A stretch of DNA of 64,000 nt from Pseudotabrizicola sp. GTDB taxonomy: Bacteria > Pseudomonadota > Alphaproteobacteria > Rhodobacterales > Rhodobacteraceae. Within the stretch, counting starts at the first letter, position 1. Each line of letters begins with the position of its first letter. The notes under the pieces were generated by a model. That model had not been told where the DNA came from. It saw nothing but the letters and a program-made list of their open reading frames with translations, and searched no databases. Positions 40,125 through 48,697 of the stretch are shown here, piece after piece. The translations under genes were made by a program, and so were the position numbers. The stretch lies in NCBI RefSeq assembly GCF_030684215.1, contig NZ_JAUXOV010000073.1, positions 94,396-158,395 on the forward strand, in the 5' to 3' direction.

Positions 40125-41006
40125 CTACTTTGCCGGCCCAAGGAAGCGTCGGTTCGCCAGCACAAAGGCCACCGAAATCACCGCCACGATCAGCATGGCC
40201 GATACAGCAATCGCCGACCCCAAAGGCTTGTTGTTGATCTTGAGCATCTGCACTTCCATCATATTGGCAATCATCGGCAGTTTACCGCCGCCAATCAGAT
40301 CGGGCGTCACATAGTCACCAATGGTGGGGATAAACACGATCAGCACCGACGCAATCACGCCGCCCATCGACAGCGGCAATGTCACCCGCCAGAAGGTGCG
40401 CAAACGCGACTCGCCCAGATCCTGCCCGGCCTCCAGCAAGCTGCGGTCAATCTTTTCGAGCGCCACAAAGATCGGCAGAATGGCAAAGGGCGCATATGCA
40501 TGGGCCAATGTGACCACCAAAGCGCCGACATTATAGTTGATCCATGTCAGCGGCTCGTCAATAATCCCGATACCCAACAGCCCCGAATTGATCACCCCGT
40601 TGTAACCAAGGATCACCTTCCACAAAAACACCCGGATCAGATAGCTGGTCCAGAACGGAATGGTGATCAGGAACAGCCAGAGCGCTTTCTTTGATGGCTG
40701 CACGTGAAAGCTGACGAAATAGGCGATGGGATAGGCGATCACTACCGTTACCACCGTCACCGACAGGGCCACGATCAACGACCGCAACATGATGGCGCGG
40801 TAGACCGGGCCGGTCCAGACCTCGATATAATTGGCCAGCGTGAAATCCCACGCGATCATGCCGCGCCCGCCGGTCAGCAGCGAATACAAGACCACCGTGC
40901 CCAAGGGCGCCGCCAGCAGAAGCACCGCATAAATCGCCGTCGGGCTGATCAACATCAACCCGGAACGCGCTTCGGACCGGAGCAAAGCAGAATTAGATTT
41001 CGCCAT
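40125..41006 (-). CDS. ABC transporter permease (PotB/PotH-like)
   Basis: Start at MAKSNSALLRSEARSGLMLISPT. EAA loop LLEAGQDLGESRLRTFWRVTLP. Confidence 0.8.
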   Translation of the reverse strand: MAKSNSALLRSEARSGLMLISPTAIYAVLLLAAPLGTVVLYSLLTGGRGMIAWDFTLANYIEVWTGPVYRAIMLRSLIVALSVTVVTVVIAYPIAYFVSFHVQPSKKALWLFLITIPFWTSYLIRVFLWKVILGYNGVINSGLLGIGIIDEPLTWINYNVGALVVTLAHAYAPFAILPIFVALEKIDRSLLEAGQDLGESRLRTFWRVTLPLSMGGVIASVLIVFIPTIGDYVTPDLIGGGKLPMIANMMEVQMLKINNKPLGSAIAVSAMLIVAVISVAFVLANRRFLGPAK

Positions 41007-41106
41007 GTCACCCCCTGTTGTGACAGCCGCCTGTCGCTGTGTCGCGACTTTGATCAAATGTTAGGCACAAGCACACAGGGCTGGCAAGGGGCCATGTTCA
41101 CGCCAT

Positions 41107-41133
41107 CAAAAAAGCCGGACCAACGGCCCGGCT
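41107..41133 (-). terminator. Intrinsic terminator after the 84-aa orphan gene
   Basis: Minus-strand RNA AGCCGGGCC-GUU-GGUCCGGCU (one mismatch) followed by UUUUUUGAU, 25 nt after the stop at 41158. Separates this gene from the downstream permease gene. Confidence 0.75.
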
Positions 41134-41157
41134 TTGCATAATAACAAGGCGCAGCTC

Positions 41158-41412
41158 TCAGCCCGCAATTCGTTCAATTGCAATGGCGCGCTTTTTCAGC
41201 TCGTCATAAAGCGATGGCACGACCCGAAGCGATCCAACCGCCGCGCGCAAAGCATCGGACAAGCGCGCCTCGCTCGAGGCACCAGATACCCGCCAGACCA
41301 TGCGGCGTGCTACCCCATCATCATACACAATCTCGGTGGCGCCAGCACGCTTGCGATAACCCAGAAAATCAGCCCCGCCATGCGGAGCATGGAAAGTGGT
41401 TTGCTGTCCCAT
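41158..41412 (-). CDS. Hypothetical 84-aa protein, family not recognised
   Basis: Track ORF. Codon usage less GC3-biased than its neighbours. Has its own strong intrinsic terminator (41107-41133) and a 221-bp AT-richer upstream region. SD-like AGGACGG about 9 nt upstream of the ATG. Confidence 0.45.
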   Translation of the reverse strand: MGQQTTFHAPHGGADFLGYRKRAGATEIVYDDGVARRMVWRVSGASSEARLSDALRAAVGSLRVVPSLYDELKKRAIAIERIAG

Positions 41413-41633
41413 ATTAGGGTCCGTCCTGTCTTTTTATTTCGCACGTCGTTGCGTGCATCTGCTCGTTATATTGGCAAAATGCCGCAGTCCGGTGTCAACC
41501 GTCAAGCGCCCAGCCTGCGTTGGGCGATCACGAATTCGAAATGCACAAGAATGGAGGTCTCTGTGCAACAGCCGCCATGGATCAGCCACGCCCCCGCCAC
41601 AAGCCTGCCACAATCGCGCCACAATTGGCCCGG

Positions 41634-43082
41634 CTACACCATAAGGTCCGCAGGCGGCTCTGCCAGCAAGCGGGCCAGACGGGCGATTCCGTCCTGAAAC
41701 TGGTGCATCGGCACATTTCCGGTCAGCGCCACCCGCACCGCATTGGGTGCGCGGCCGTGGATCAACGCATATTCATCGGCTGACCGCACCATCACCCCCG
41801 CCGCTTCGGCATGGGAACAAAAGCTGCTGGCGCGCCACCCCGAGGGCAGGCGCAAAAAGATGAATTGCAACCCCGGTTGCCAACCCAGATCAAAGGCCCC
41901 CAGCGCATTGACCGCGAATTGCAGCCGCGTTTCCAGATCGATCTGTACCAATGCGCGCAACCGTGCGCCCTCTCCCGATTGCAACAAATGCAGCACAATC
42001 GCCTCAATCGGGCGCGACAGCGCGAAAAACGCATGCTGCGCCGTCAACCTCCCGGTCTGGCCCATCCCGACAGGGGCCACCATATAACCAAAGCGCAGAC
42101 CTGCAGAGATGCTTTTGGACAGGCTGCCCACATGCCAGGTGCGCTCGGGTGCCAAGGCGCGCAACGCGGGCAACGTATCAGATGCTACGGAATAGCAATC
42201 ATCATCAAGGATTTGCAGATCGTAGCGCCGGGCAATATCAACTATGGCTTGCCGCCGCTCCATCCCCATCCGCCCGGTGGTCGGGTTCTGCGCCTCGGCG
42301 GTCAGGCAAAGCACTTGCGCGCCATGACGGCGGCAGGCCTGTTCCAGCGCGTCGGGCAACATGCCCTCATCGTCCATCTCTACTGCGACCACCTCGGCCC
42401 GCGACAGGCGCGCGGCGTGGCGAAAACCGGGATAGGCCAGTTCTTCGGTCAGAACCACCGGACGATCCCCGCGCAGGCAGCACATGAAAATCAGATTGAT
42501 CGCATTCTGCCCGCCATGTGTCAGCACAATATCATCCGCCGACAACGGCCCCAGAACCCGCTCTGACACCCAGTCACAAATCGCCTCGCGCAGTGGCAGT
42601 TCGGCGCGTTGGCTGGGGTAATCGACCCAATCGGTATCCGTGTCAGCCCCCACCGCGCGCAACGCCGCCGCAATCGCCGCACCCTGCCCCACATCGGGCA
42701 GGATTGGTGCGCGCAGGTCCACCTTACCTTGCAAACGTGCCGGGTCGCGGTCGATAAACAGCGCCTGCGTTGGCCCCAGACGCGGCGCACTTGCGGCAAC
42801 AAAGGTGCCCCGGCCAACGGTGGCCGCCAGCATTCCCTCTTGGGTCGCAAGACTGTAGGCGCGCGCCACGGTGCCCGGCGTGACCTTGAGTTGATACGCC
42901 AGTTCGCGAACGGTTGGCAGTTGCGCCCCCGTCGCCAACGCGCCCGAGCGGATCGCCTCACGCAGGGCGCGGGTCAGGGCCAGATACTTGGGGCCGTCTT
43001 CGTCAGACAGCTTCGGAAGCCATATTGTATCAGCCACAATGTTCCTCTGGCGCTTTGTTTTCGGACTTTGTATCTTTATCAT
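41634..43082 (-). CDS. MocR/GabR-type regulator (GntR HTH fused to class-I aminotransferase-like PLP domain)
   Basis: N-terminal wHTH ..LPTVRELAYQLKVTPGTVARAYSLATQEGML.. followed by an aminotransferase fold with a putative PLP-Lys in GSLSKSISAGLRFGY. The first 15 codons are AT-rich with rare codons, so the true start may be GTG 43037. Confidence 0.85.
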   Translation of the reverse strand: MIKIQSPKTKRQRNIVADTIWLPKLSDEDGPKYLALTRALREAIRSGALATGAQLPTVRELAYQLKVTPGTVARAYSLATQEGMLAATVGRGTFVAASAPRLGPTQALFIDRDPARLQGKVDLRAPILPDVGQGAAIAAALRAVGADTDTDWVDYPSQRAELPLREAICDWVSERVLGPLSADDIVLTHGGQNAINLIFMCCLRGDRPVVLTEELAYPGFRHAARLSRAEVVAVEMDDEGMLPDALEQACRRHGAQVLCLTAEAQNPTTGRMGMERRQAIVDIARRYDLQILDDDCYSVASDTLPALRALAPERTWHVGSLSKSISAGLRFGYMVAPVGMGQTGRLTAQHAFFALSRPIEAIVLHLLQSGEGARLRALVQIDLETRLQFAVNALGAFDLGWQPGLQFIFLRLPSGWRASSFCSHAEAAGVMVRSADEYALIHGRAPNAVRVALTGNVPMHQFQDGIARLARLLAEPPADLMV

Positions 43083-43105
43083 ATGGCAATTCGCGCCATT
43101 GTATC
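43024..43105. promoter_or_regulatory. Three direct repeats (A/T)TTGTATC at 43024, 43067 and 43098 in the MocR / DUF1127 divergent region
   Basis: Spacings of 43 and 31 nt (about 4 and 3 helical turns). AT-rich segment. MocR/GabR regulators are known to bind phased direct repeats. Confidence 0.3.
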
Positions 43106-43141
43106 AACGCAAATTTAATGCACAGCAAAAAGGAACCTGTC

Positions 43142-43354
43142 ATGTCTCGCGTCGAAACGCTGGTCTTCCGCCCCGCCTCTCTCCCTCCGCTGTCGCGGCT
43201 GGTGCTGGCCGCTGCGGTCCGCGTTGTCACATGGGAGAACCGCCAACGCACCCGAAAGGGGCTGAAACGGCTTGATCGGCACCTGTTGCGCGATGTGGGA
43301 CTTGATCCAATCACCGCCGAGGCCGAAGCCAACCGCCGGTTCTGGGAGCCGTAA
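43142..43354 (+). CDS. DUF1127-domain small protein (70 aa)
   Basis: C-terminal part of track ORF 42914..43354 from ATG 43142: MSRVETLVF..WENRQRTRKGLKRLDRHLLRDVGLDPITAEAEA. The L..L.DHLLRDIGL pattern is the DUF1127 hallmark. Followed by a strong terminator. Confidence 0.7.
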   Translation: MSRVETLVFRPASLPPLSRLVLAAAVRVVTWENRQRTRKGLKRLDRHLLRDVGLDPITAEAEANRRFWEP

Positions 43355-43385
43355 GCCCCAAATCGGCAAAGACTTTCCCCTGACT

Positions 43386-43412
43386 GGGCCGGATATTCCG
43401 GCCCATTTTTTT
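43386..43412 (+). terminator. Intrinsic terminator after the DUF1127 gene
   Basis: GGGCCGG-ATATT-CCGGCCC followed by A-TTTTTTT. Confidence 0.8.
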
Positions 43413-43431
43413 ATGCCGTAGGGTCACATAG

Positions 43432-43462
43432 AAAAGCAAAAAGGCCCGCCAAACGGCGGGCC
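43432..43462 (-). terminator. Intrinsic terminator after rpsI
   Basis: Minus-strand RNA GGCCCGCC-GUUU-GGCGGGCC followed by UUUUUGCUUUU. Confidence 0.8.
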
Positions 43463-43485
43463 TTTCCAAAACTGGTATCCAGAGA

Positions 43486-43977
43486 TCAGCGCTTGGAGAA
43501 CTGGAAGGATTTACGGGCTTTCGCCTTGCCATACTTCTTACGTTCCACAACGCGGCTGTCGCGGGTCAGGAAGCCAGCGGCCTTCAGTGCGCCACGCAGA
43601 CCGGGCTCATACAGTTGCAGGGCTTTCGAGATGCCGTGCTTGACCGCACCCGCCTGACCGGACAGGCCACCACCAACAACGGTGGCCATCACGTCAAACT
43701 GACCTTCAACATTTGCGATGGTGAAAGGCTGCTTCAGGATCATCTGCAGAACCGGACGGGCGAAATAAGCCGCCATTTCCTTGCCGTTCACAGTGACCTT
43801 GCCGGTGCCGGGCTTGACCCAGACACGGGCAACAGCGTTTTTACGCTTGCCGGTAGCATAGGACCGACCCAGCGCATCACGCACGGCCACACGAGGAGCC
43901 GCAACAGGCGCCGCCACGTCAGCAGAGGTGCCGGAGACGGCCGTCTTCAGATCGTCGAGAGATTTGATATCAGCCAT
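43486..43977 (-). CDS. rpsI: 30S ribosomal protein S9
   Basis: ..[43 protein letters not shown] canonical S9 C-terminus. Start MADIK (43977) or 43983. Confidence 0.95.
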   Translation of the reverse strand: MADIKSLDDLKTAVSGTSADVAAPVAAPRVAVRDALGRSYATGKRKNAVARVWVKPGTGKVTVNGKEMAAYFARPVLQMILKQPFTIANVEGQFDVMATVVGGGLSGQAGAVKHGISKALQLYEPGLRGALKAAGFLTRDSRVVERKKYGKAKARKSFQFSKR

Positions 43978-43979
43978 GA

Positions 43980-44444
43980 TCACGCGCTCCGGGTGTTCTT
44001 GGGATTCAGCGCCGCGACGTCGAGGACGGTCGGCTGCTGAGCTTCATGCGGATGGTCCGCACCAGCGTAAACGCGCAGGTTCGTCATTTGCTGACGGCCC
44101 AGACGGTTGCGGGTGATCATACGCTCAACGGCTTTGATCACGACACGCTCGGGATGCGCGCCTTCCAGCACCTGCCGCGCGGTGCGCTGCTTGATGCCGC
44201 CTGGGTGGCCGGTGTGCCAGTAATAGATCTTGTCGGCGCGCTTGTTGCCGGTCATCTGGATCTTGTCCGCATTGATTATGATGACATTGTCACCCATATC
44301 CATGTGCGGCGTAAACGTCGGCTTGTTCTTGCCGCGCAGGATGTTGGCGACGATCGTGGCCAAGCGACCCAGAACGATACCTTCGGCATCGATCAGGATC
44401 CACTTTTTCTCGATGTCCGCCGGTGTAGCGGTAAAAGTTTTCAT
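43980..44444 (-). CDS. rplM: 50S ribosomal protein L13
   Basis: [41 protein letters not shown] canonical L13. Confidence 0.95.
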   Translation of the reverse strand: MKTFTATPADIEKKWILIDAEGIVLGRLATIVANILRGKNKPTFTPHMDMGDNVIIINADKIQMTGNKRADKIYYWHTGHPGGIKQRTARQVLEGAHPERVVIKAVERMITRNRLGRQQMTNLRVYAGADHPHEAQQPTVLDVAALNPKNTRSA

Positions 44445-44500
44445 CGGTGGTTTCCCATAGAGGATAGGCAGGGGTTGCCCCCCGGTAACTCGGATGGCGG

Positions 44501-44529
44501 CTTATCGCGCATCAAGGATGCAGCGTCAA
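44501..44529 (-). promoter_or_regulatory. Candidate sigma-70 promoter for rplM-rpsI
   Basis: Minus strand TTGACG, 17 nt, GATAAG, about 55 nt upstream of the rplM ATG, preceded by an AT-rich stretch. Confidence 0.3.
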
Positions 44530-44586
44530 GCGCCGTAAGCAACATAAAACTTATATAAATCAAGTGTTTGCAAAAGTGGTATTATG

Positions 44587-45348
44587 CTACCCCACACTTT
44601 CCGCCGCAATCAGACGCAAAGCCCGCGCCCGAGCGGCCGGGATCGCAGCGATCTCTACGCCGGTCAGCACATGCAGCGTATCAAGCTGCCGGTCGATCAC
44701 CGCATGATCGCTGACCCAGCCGCCCATCGACAGATAGGTGCGCAGCAAGGCGGGCAAGGGCGTGGGCTGTGCAGGCCCCAGATCGCACAGCGCAATCCGT
44801 TCGGGCGCACGTGGTCCGGGTCGCCATGACTCGGGCGCGACACGGGCGCTCAGCCCGGCAAGCGCACCCGCGTGCGGCGCAGGGTCCACCCCCGCAAAAC
44901 TTGAGCATCCGAACAACAGACCGACCCCGGCCGCATCCACCATCCGCGTCATCGCAGCCCAGGCAAGGCGCAATATATCGGGGTCGTGCTGATCGGGGGC
45001 CAGACAAAACCGGCCCAACTCCAGCATGGCCCCCGGAAACCGAGTCAGCCGCGACAGATCATAAAACTGCGCGGCATATGACTGGCCCAACGTGCTGCCA
45101 TCAAACATCTGCACCCGGTAGCAGGCCACAAAGGCGCCGGTGCCGCTTTCCTCGACCAGCACATGCCGGGCCAGATCGTCAAAGGCATCTGCATCAAGCC
45201 CATCGTCGCGCGCCCTGCCCCGCGCGGCCCAGAACGCCACATGCCGCAGCCGCTGTGCCGCCGCCACATCATCCGCACTGGCGGCAAGCCGCACCTGGTA
45301 GCGCCCTCGCGACAATGGCTTCACGCCGCCCTCCATCACCCTTGGCAC
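44587..45348 (-). CDS. GNAT N-acyltransferase of the OlsB / hemolysin-like family (ornithine- or glutamine-lipid N-acyltransferase candidate)
   Basis: [74 protein letters not shown] matches the OlsB-type pattern as I remember it. Confidence 0.62.
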   Translation of the reverse strand: MPRVMEGGVKPLSRGRYQVRLAASADDVAAAQRLRHVAFWAARGRARDDGLDADAFDDLARHVLVEESGTGAFVACYRVQMFDGSTLGQSYAAQFYDLSRLTRFPGAMLELGRFCLAPDQHDPDILRLAWAAMTRMVDAAGVGLLFGCSSFAGVDPAPHAGALAGLSARVAPESWRPGPRAPERIALCDLGPAQPTPLPALLRTYLSMGGWVSDHAVIDRQLDTLHVLTGVEIAAIPAARARALRLIAAESVG

Positions 45349-45423
45349 CTGACACGGCCAGCCCTAAATACACTCCCAAACGTGCTGATCTGCACACAGG
45401 TCAGCCGCACAGAACCACAGGAG

Positions 45424-45825
45424 ATGGCTATGGACAAGGTTGTGAAATCGGATTCCGAATGGCAAGAGATGCTGTCGGACCTCGCCTATAGGGTTACGCG
45501 CAAACATGGCACCGAACGCGCGTTCAGCCATGACAACTTTCCCAAAGCACCGGGCACCTATCGGTGTGTGTGCTGTGATGCGCCCCTGTTCGACCAGTCC
45601 ACCAAGTTTGAGTCAGGCACCGGCTGGCCCAGCTTTTTCGCACCAATCAGCAGCGATCTGGTGGGCGAGACCGAAGACCGCAGCTGGTTCATGCGGCGGA
45701 CCGAGGTGCATTGCAACCGCTGCGACGCCCATCTTGGGCATGTCTTCCCCGACGGACCTGCGCCCACGGGTCTGCGCTATTGCATGAACGGGGTCGCCCT
45801 GACCTTTGAGCCGGAAACCGACTGA
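45424..45825 (+). CDS. msrB: Peptide-methionine (R)-S-oxide reductase
   Basis: CVCC..(48 aa)..CNRC zinc site, [17 protein letters not shown], catalytic RYCMNG. Start ATG 45424 or 45430. Confidence 0.93.
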   Translation: MAMDKVVKSDSEWQEMLSDLAYRVTRKHGTERAFSHDNFPKAPGTYRCVCCDAPLFDQSTKFESGTGWPSFFAPISSDLVGETEDRSWFMRRTEVHCNRCDAHLGHVFPDGPAPTGLRYCMNGVALTFEPETD

Positions 45826-45843
45826 CCTGCCAACGGCGTCGGA

Positions 45844-46350
45844 TCAGTTGCCCAGCAACTGACCCGCGCTCAGACGGCCAAAGCTGGAGAACAGCTGCGC
45901 CAACACGCCAAGACCTTTGACGCTGGTTTCGGTAACACGACGCGAAAGCGGCACGATCTGCCCGTCTTCCAAACCGAAACGCTCGACATTTTGCAAAACG
46001 CCACGCTCGCTGAAGGTCAGCGCCACAACCTGACGGTCGATTTCCTGCGGAGCGAATCCGCCGCGCTGTTCCCAGCGGCTTTGCACATAGAACCAGCCAG
46101 TGTCATTCAACAGACCCGAGGTTGACGGGCGCCCCACCTTTGGCGCTGCGGTCTCGCGGGTGTCTTTTCCGACGACAAGCTGGGCCAGATCTTCCTCGGC
46201 CGGCACATAGCCGTGATTGCGGTAGATCGGTGAACAGGCGGTCAATGCGGTGACAAGGCACATAACTGCCACCCCCCGCATCACAGTGCGGAAAGATAAA
46301 GCCGCCGGCTTGCGGTCGCGCCGCGCTGTCGTCAATGCCATCCGTCTCAA
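45844..46350 (-). CDS. bamE: Outer membrane protein assembly factor BamE (SmpA/OmlA lipoprotein)
   Basis: Lipobox LTACS followed by PIYRNHGYVP..LAQLVVGKDTRE.. typical of alphaproteobacterial BamE. Start uncertain (46350, 46341 or 46281). Confidence 0.7.
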   Translation of the reverse strand: MRRMALTTARRDRKPAALSFRTVMRGVAVMCLVTALTACSPIYRNHGYVPAEEDLAQLVVGKDTRETAAPKVGRPSTSGLLNDTGWFYVQSRWEQRGGFAPQEIDRQVVALTFSERGVLQNVERFGLEDGQIVPLSRRVTETSVKGLGVLAQLFSSFGRLSAGQLLGN

Positions 46351-46572
46351 TCCCTACCCCAGCGTTACCGCACGACCCGGCCCAAAATCCACCAGCAGGC
46401 TTGCCAAGCGGAGTGTCGCCGCTTAGGTGCCGGATGAAGAAGAACCGTCTCCTGAGGCAAAGGCTTACAGAAGGACGCGGGCCGGTTCAAGAATGGAACG
46501 CGTCTGCCAGCGTCTGGAACGCGTCCTGTGCCCTCTGTGCCGGCTTCAAGTGAACCAAAGGTGATCCTCGCC

Positions 46573-47178
46573 ATGAAAAAACCAGCCACACCCGGCTTTG
46601 TGCCCGAAGCAATGTCAGCACCGCCCGCTTTAAGTCATCCGTTTCGCAGCGGCGCATTGTCGATGCGCAAACCCACGCGCTTTGATCTGACGCCCGACGC
46701 CGCCACGCGCAAGGCCGCAGCGGTGGAACTGGGCCTGATCTCGGTGCCTGCCCTGCGCTTCAAGGGAGAGATTCGTCCCGCCCCCAACCGCGATTTCGTG
46801 CTCGAGGCTCATCTGACCGCGATCGTGGAACAGCCTTGCGGAGTTACCCTTGCCCCCGTGCGGGCCGAAATCCGCGAGACCGTGCGCCGGCGCTATGTGT
46901 CGGATTGGGTGGAACCGCAGGGCGACGAGGCGGAGATGCCCGAAGATGACACCGCCGAAGCGATGCCCGAGGTGATCGACGCCGGACTTGTCGCACTGGA
47001 GGCACTGGTGCTGTCGCTACCGCTCTATCCACGGGCCGCCGGGGCTGAACTGGGCGAGATTGTCGCCACCCCGCCCGGGGCCGCGCCCTTGCGCGACGAA
47101 GACCTGAGGCCCTTTGCTTCGCTTGCCGCGCTGAAAGACAAAATGGGTGGCGGAACCGAGGGCGGCACAGAGGGGTGA
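46573..47178 (+). CDS. yceD: YceD/DUF177 family protein (ribosome-associated, precedes rpmF)
   Basis: Conserved position immediately upstream of rpmF-plsX. Acidic C-terminal half with ..EQPCGVTLAPV.. Start uncertain (46528 GTG, 46573 or 46612). Confidence 0.68.
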   Translation: MKKPATPGFVPEAMSAPPALSHPFRSGALSMRKPTRFDLTPDAATRKAAAVELGLISVPALRFKGEIRPAPNRDFVLEAHLTAIVEQPCGVTLAPVRAEIRETVRRRYVSDWVEPQGDEAEMPEDDTAEAMPEVIDAGLVALEALVLSLPLYPRAAGAELGEIVATPPGAAPLRDEDLRPFASLAALKDKMGGGTEGGTEG

Positions 47179-47203
47179 TGTGCAACCAATCGCAGAATGG
47201 GGC

Positions 47204-47231
47204 TTGCACCGCGCCCAGATAAATGTATGTT
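47204..47231 (+). promoter_or_regulatory. Candidate sigma-70 promoter for rpmF-plsX-fabH
   Basis: TTGCAC, 16 nt, TATGTT, about 105 nt upstream of the rpmF ATG. Confidence 0.25.
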
Positions 47232-47335
47232 CCGCGCCTCATTCGGGGTGTGGAAACGCGCCCCCGGCGGCGCTATCCGCTAGAAGAATCGTCAAGTAAA
47301 ACAGGGGCATGTCCCCACTACCCAAAGGTTGCGAC

Positions 47336-47542
47336 ATGGCTGTCCCGCAGAACCGAGTCACTAAATCCAAGCGTAACATGCGTCGTGCTCACGATGCGTT
47401 GGTCGCTGGAAACCCCGCTGATTGCCCCAACTGTGGCGAGCTGAAGCGCCCGCACCATGTGTGCGGCGCCTGCGGTCACTATGACGCCCGCGAAGTCGTG
47501 GCGACCACCAAAGACGTCGATCTGGACGAGGACGCGGCGTAA
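47336..47542 (+). CDS. rpmF: 50S ribosomal protein L32
   Basis: [42 protein letters not shown] canonical L32 with zinc ribbon. Confidence 0.93.
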   Translation: MAVPQNRVTKSKRNMRRAHDALVAGNPADCPNCGELKRPHHVCGACGHYDAREVVATTKDVDLDEDAA

Positions 47543-47569
47543 GCCGCGCCCTGACGGCGCACCCTGCCC

Positions 47570-48697
47570 ATGGCAAGCGGACCGCAAAATCCGGCAACGG
47601 ACAAGCTTGACGGCAGGGCTTCCACAGTCATTTCGGTTGATGCCATGGGCGGTGACCGTGGGCCGGCGGCTGTTGTCGCCGGTCTTGGCTTGTCTGCGGC
47701 CAAGCATACGGATGTGCGCTTTATCCTGCACGGCGACGGCGCCACGCTGACCCCATTGGTCGCGGCGCAACCCGGTCTTTCGGACCGGGTTCTGGTCGTT
47801 CATGCAGACCGCGTCGTCACCATGAACGACAAACCAAGCCAGGTCATGCGCCACGGAAGCGGCACCTCGATGTGGTCGGCGATTGACTCTGTGAAATCGG
47901 GCGCAGCGCAGGCGGCGGTGTCTTGTGGCAATACCGGCGCTTTGATGGCGGTGTCGATGATCCGCCTGCGAAAGATCCCCGGCGTCAACCGCCCCGCCAT
48001 CGCTTGTTTATGGCCCAGCCGGAACCCCGGTGGGTTCAACCTGATGCTGGATGTAGGCGCAGGTATCGAGGCCGAGGCCGAAGATCTGTTGCAATTCGCC
48101 GCCATGGGCGCGTCTTACGCCCGCAACGGTCTAGCGCTGTCACGCCCGCGTGTCGGTTTGCTGAATGTCGGCACCGAAGAACACAAAGGCCGGGCCGAGC
48201 TGAAAATCGCCCATGACCGCATGGTTGAGGCCGCCGAGGCCGGTGGCTTTGAGTTCGTCGGCTTTGTCGAGGGCGGCGATATTCCGGGTGACCGCTGCGA
48301 TGTGATCGTAACCGACGGCTATACCGGCAACATCGCACTGAAAACCGGCGAAGGCACCGCCAAGCTGATCGCAGATTTCCTGCGCGAAGCCTTTGGGGCT
48401 GGGCTGTTGTCAAAATTCGCGGCGCTTCTGGCGATGAACTCTTTGAAACGCCTGCAAAAACGGATTGATCCGCGCCGGGTCAATGGTGGAGTGTTTCTGG
48501 GGCTGAACGGCACGGTCGTCAAATCGCACGGATCAGCGGATGAAACCGGGGTTGCCGCCGCGATCGGGCTGGCGATTCAGCTTGCCCGCTCTGGGTTTGT
48601 GGACCGGCTGGCGGCGCGTGTCGCCTCGACCGGAAAGAAAGTGGCAGCAGAGACTGTCGGGGAAGATACCCCACGAAAAGACGAGGCCAAATCATGA
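47570..48697 (+). CDS. plsX: Phosphate acyltransferase
   Basis: ISVDAMGGDRGP, NTGALMA, GLNGTVVKSHGSAD. Confidence 0.92.
   Translation: MASGPQNPATDKLDGRASTVISVDAMGGDRGPAAVVAGLGLSAAKHTDVRFILHGDGATLTPLVAAQPGLSDRVLVVHADRVVTMNDKPSQVMRHGSGTSMWSAIDSVKSGAAQAAVSCGNTGALMAVSMIRLRKIPGVNRPAIACLWPSRNPGGFNLMLDVGAGIEAEAEDLLQFAAMGASYARNGLALSRPRVGLLNVGTEEHKGRAELKIAHDRMVEAAEAGGFEFVGFVEGGDIPGDRCDVIVTDGYTGNIALKTGEGTAKLIADFLREAFGAGLLSKFAALLAMNSLKRLQKRIDPRRVNGGVFLGLNGTVVKSHGSADETGVAAAIGLAIQLARSGFVDRLAARVASTGKKVAAETVGEDTPRKDEAKS

Noticed and set aside
41134-41697. 187-aa plus-strand ORF (and 41178-41417, 41396-41644) overlapping the 84-aa minus-strand gene and its upstream region
   Set aside because: No motifs, an odd composition, and it runs through the minus-strand terminator and into the MocR 3' end. 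The minus-strand ORF has an SD-like sequence and a dedicated terminator.
43355-43485. CcsR/cuckoo-type sRNAs (CCUCCUCCC loops) downstream of the DUF1127 gene, as in Rhodobacter sphaeroides
   Set aside because: The 130-nt spacer contains only two back-to-back terminators and no CCUCCUCCC motif or additional stem-loops.
45349-45423. Pho box upstream of the OlsB-like gene (two CTGTG motifs)
   Set aside because: The repeats are 13 nt apart rather than the 11-nt phasing of PhoB boxes and match the CTGTCAT consensus poorly.
46495-46535. ECF/EcfG-type promoter (GGAAC-N16-17-CGTT) at the TGGAACGCGTC repeats
   Set aside because: The downstream CGTC/TCTG elements are 11 and 13 nt from the GGAAC motifs, outside the accepted spacer range.
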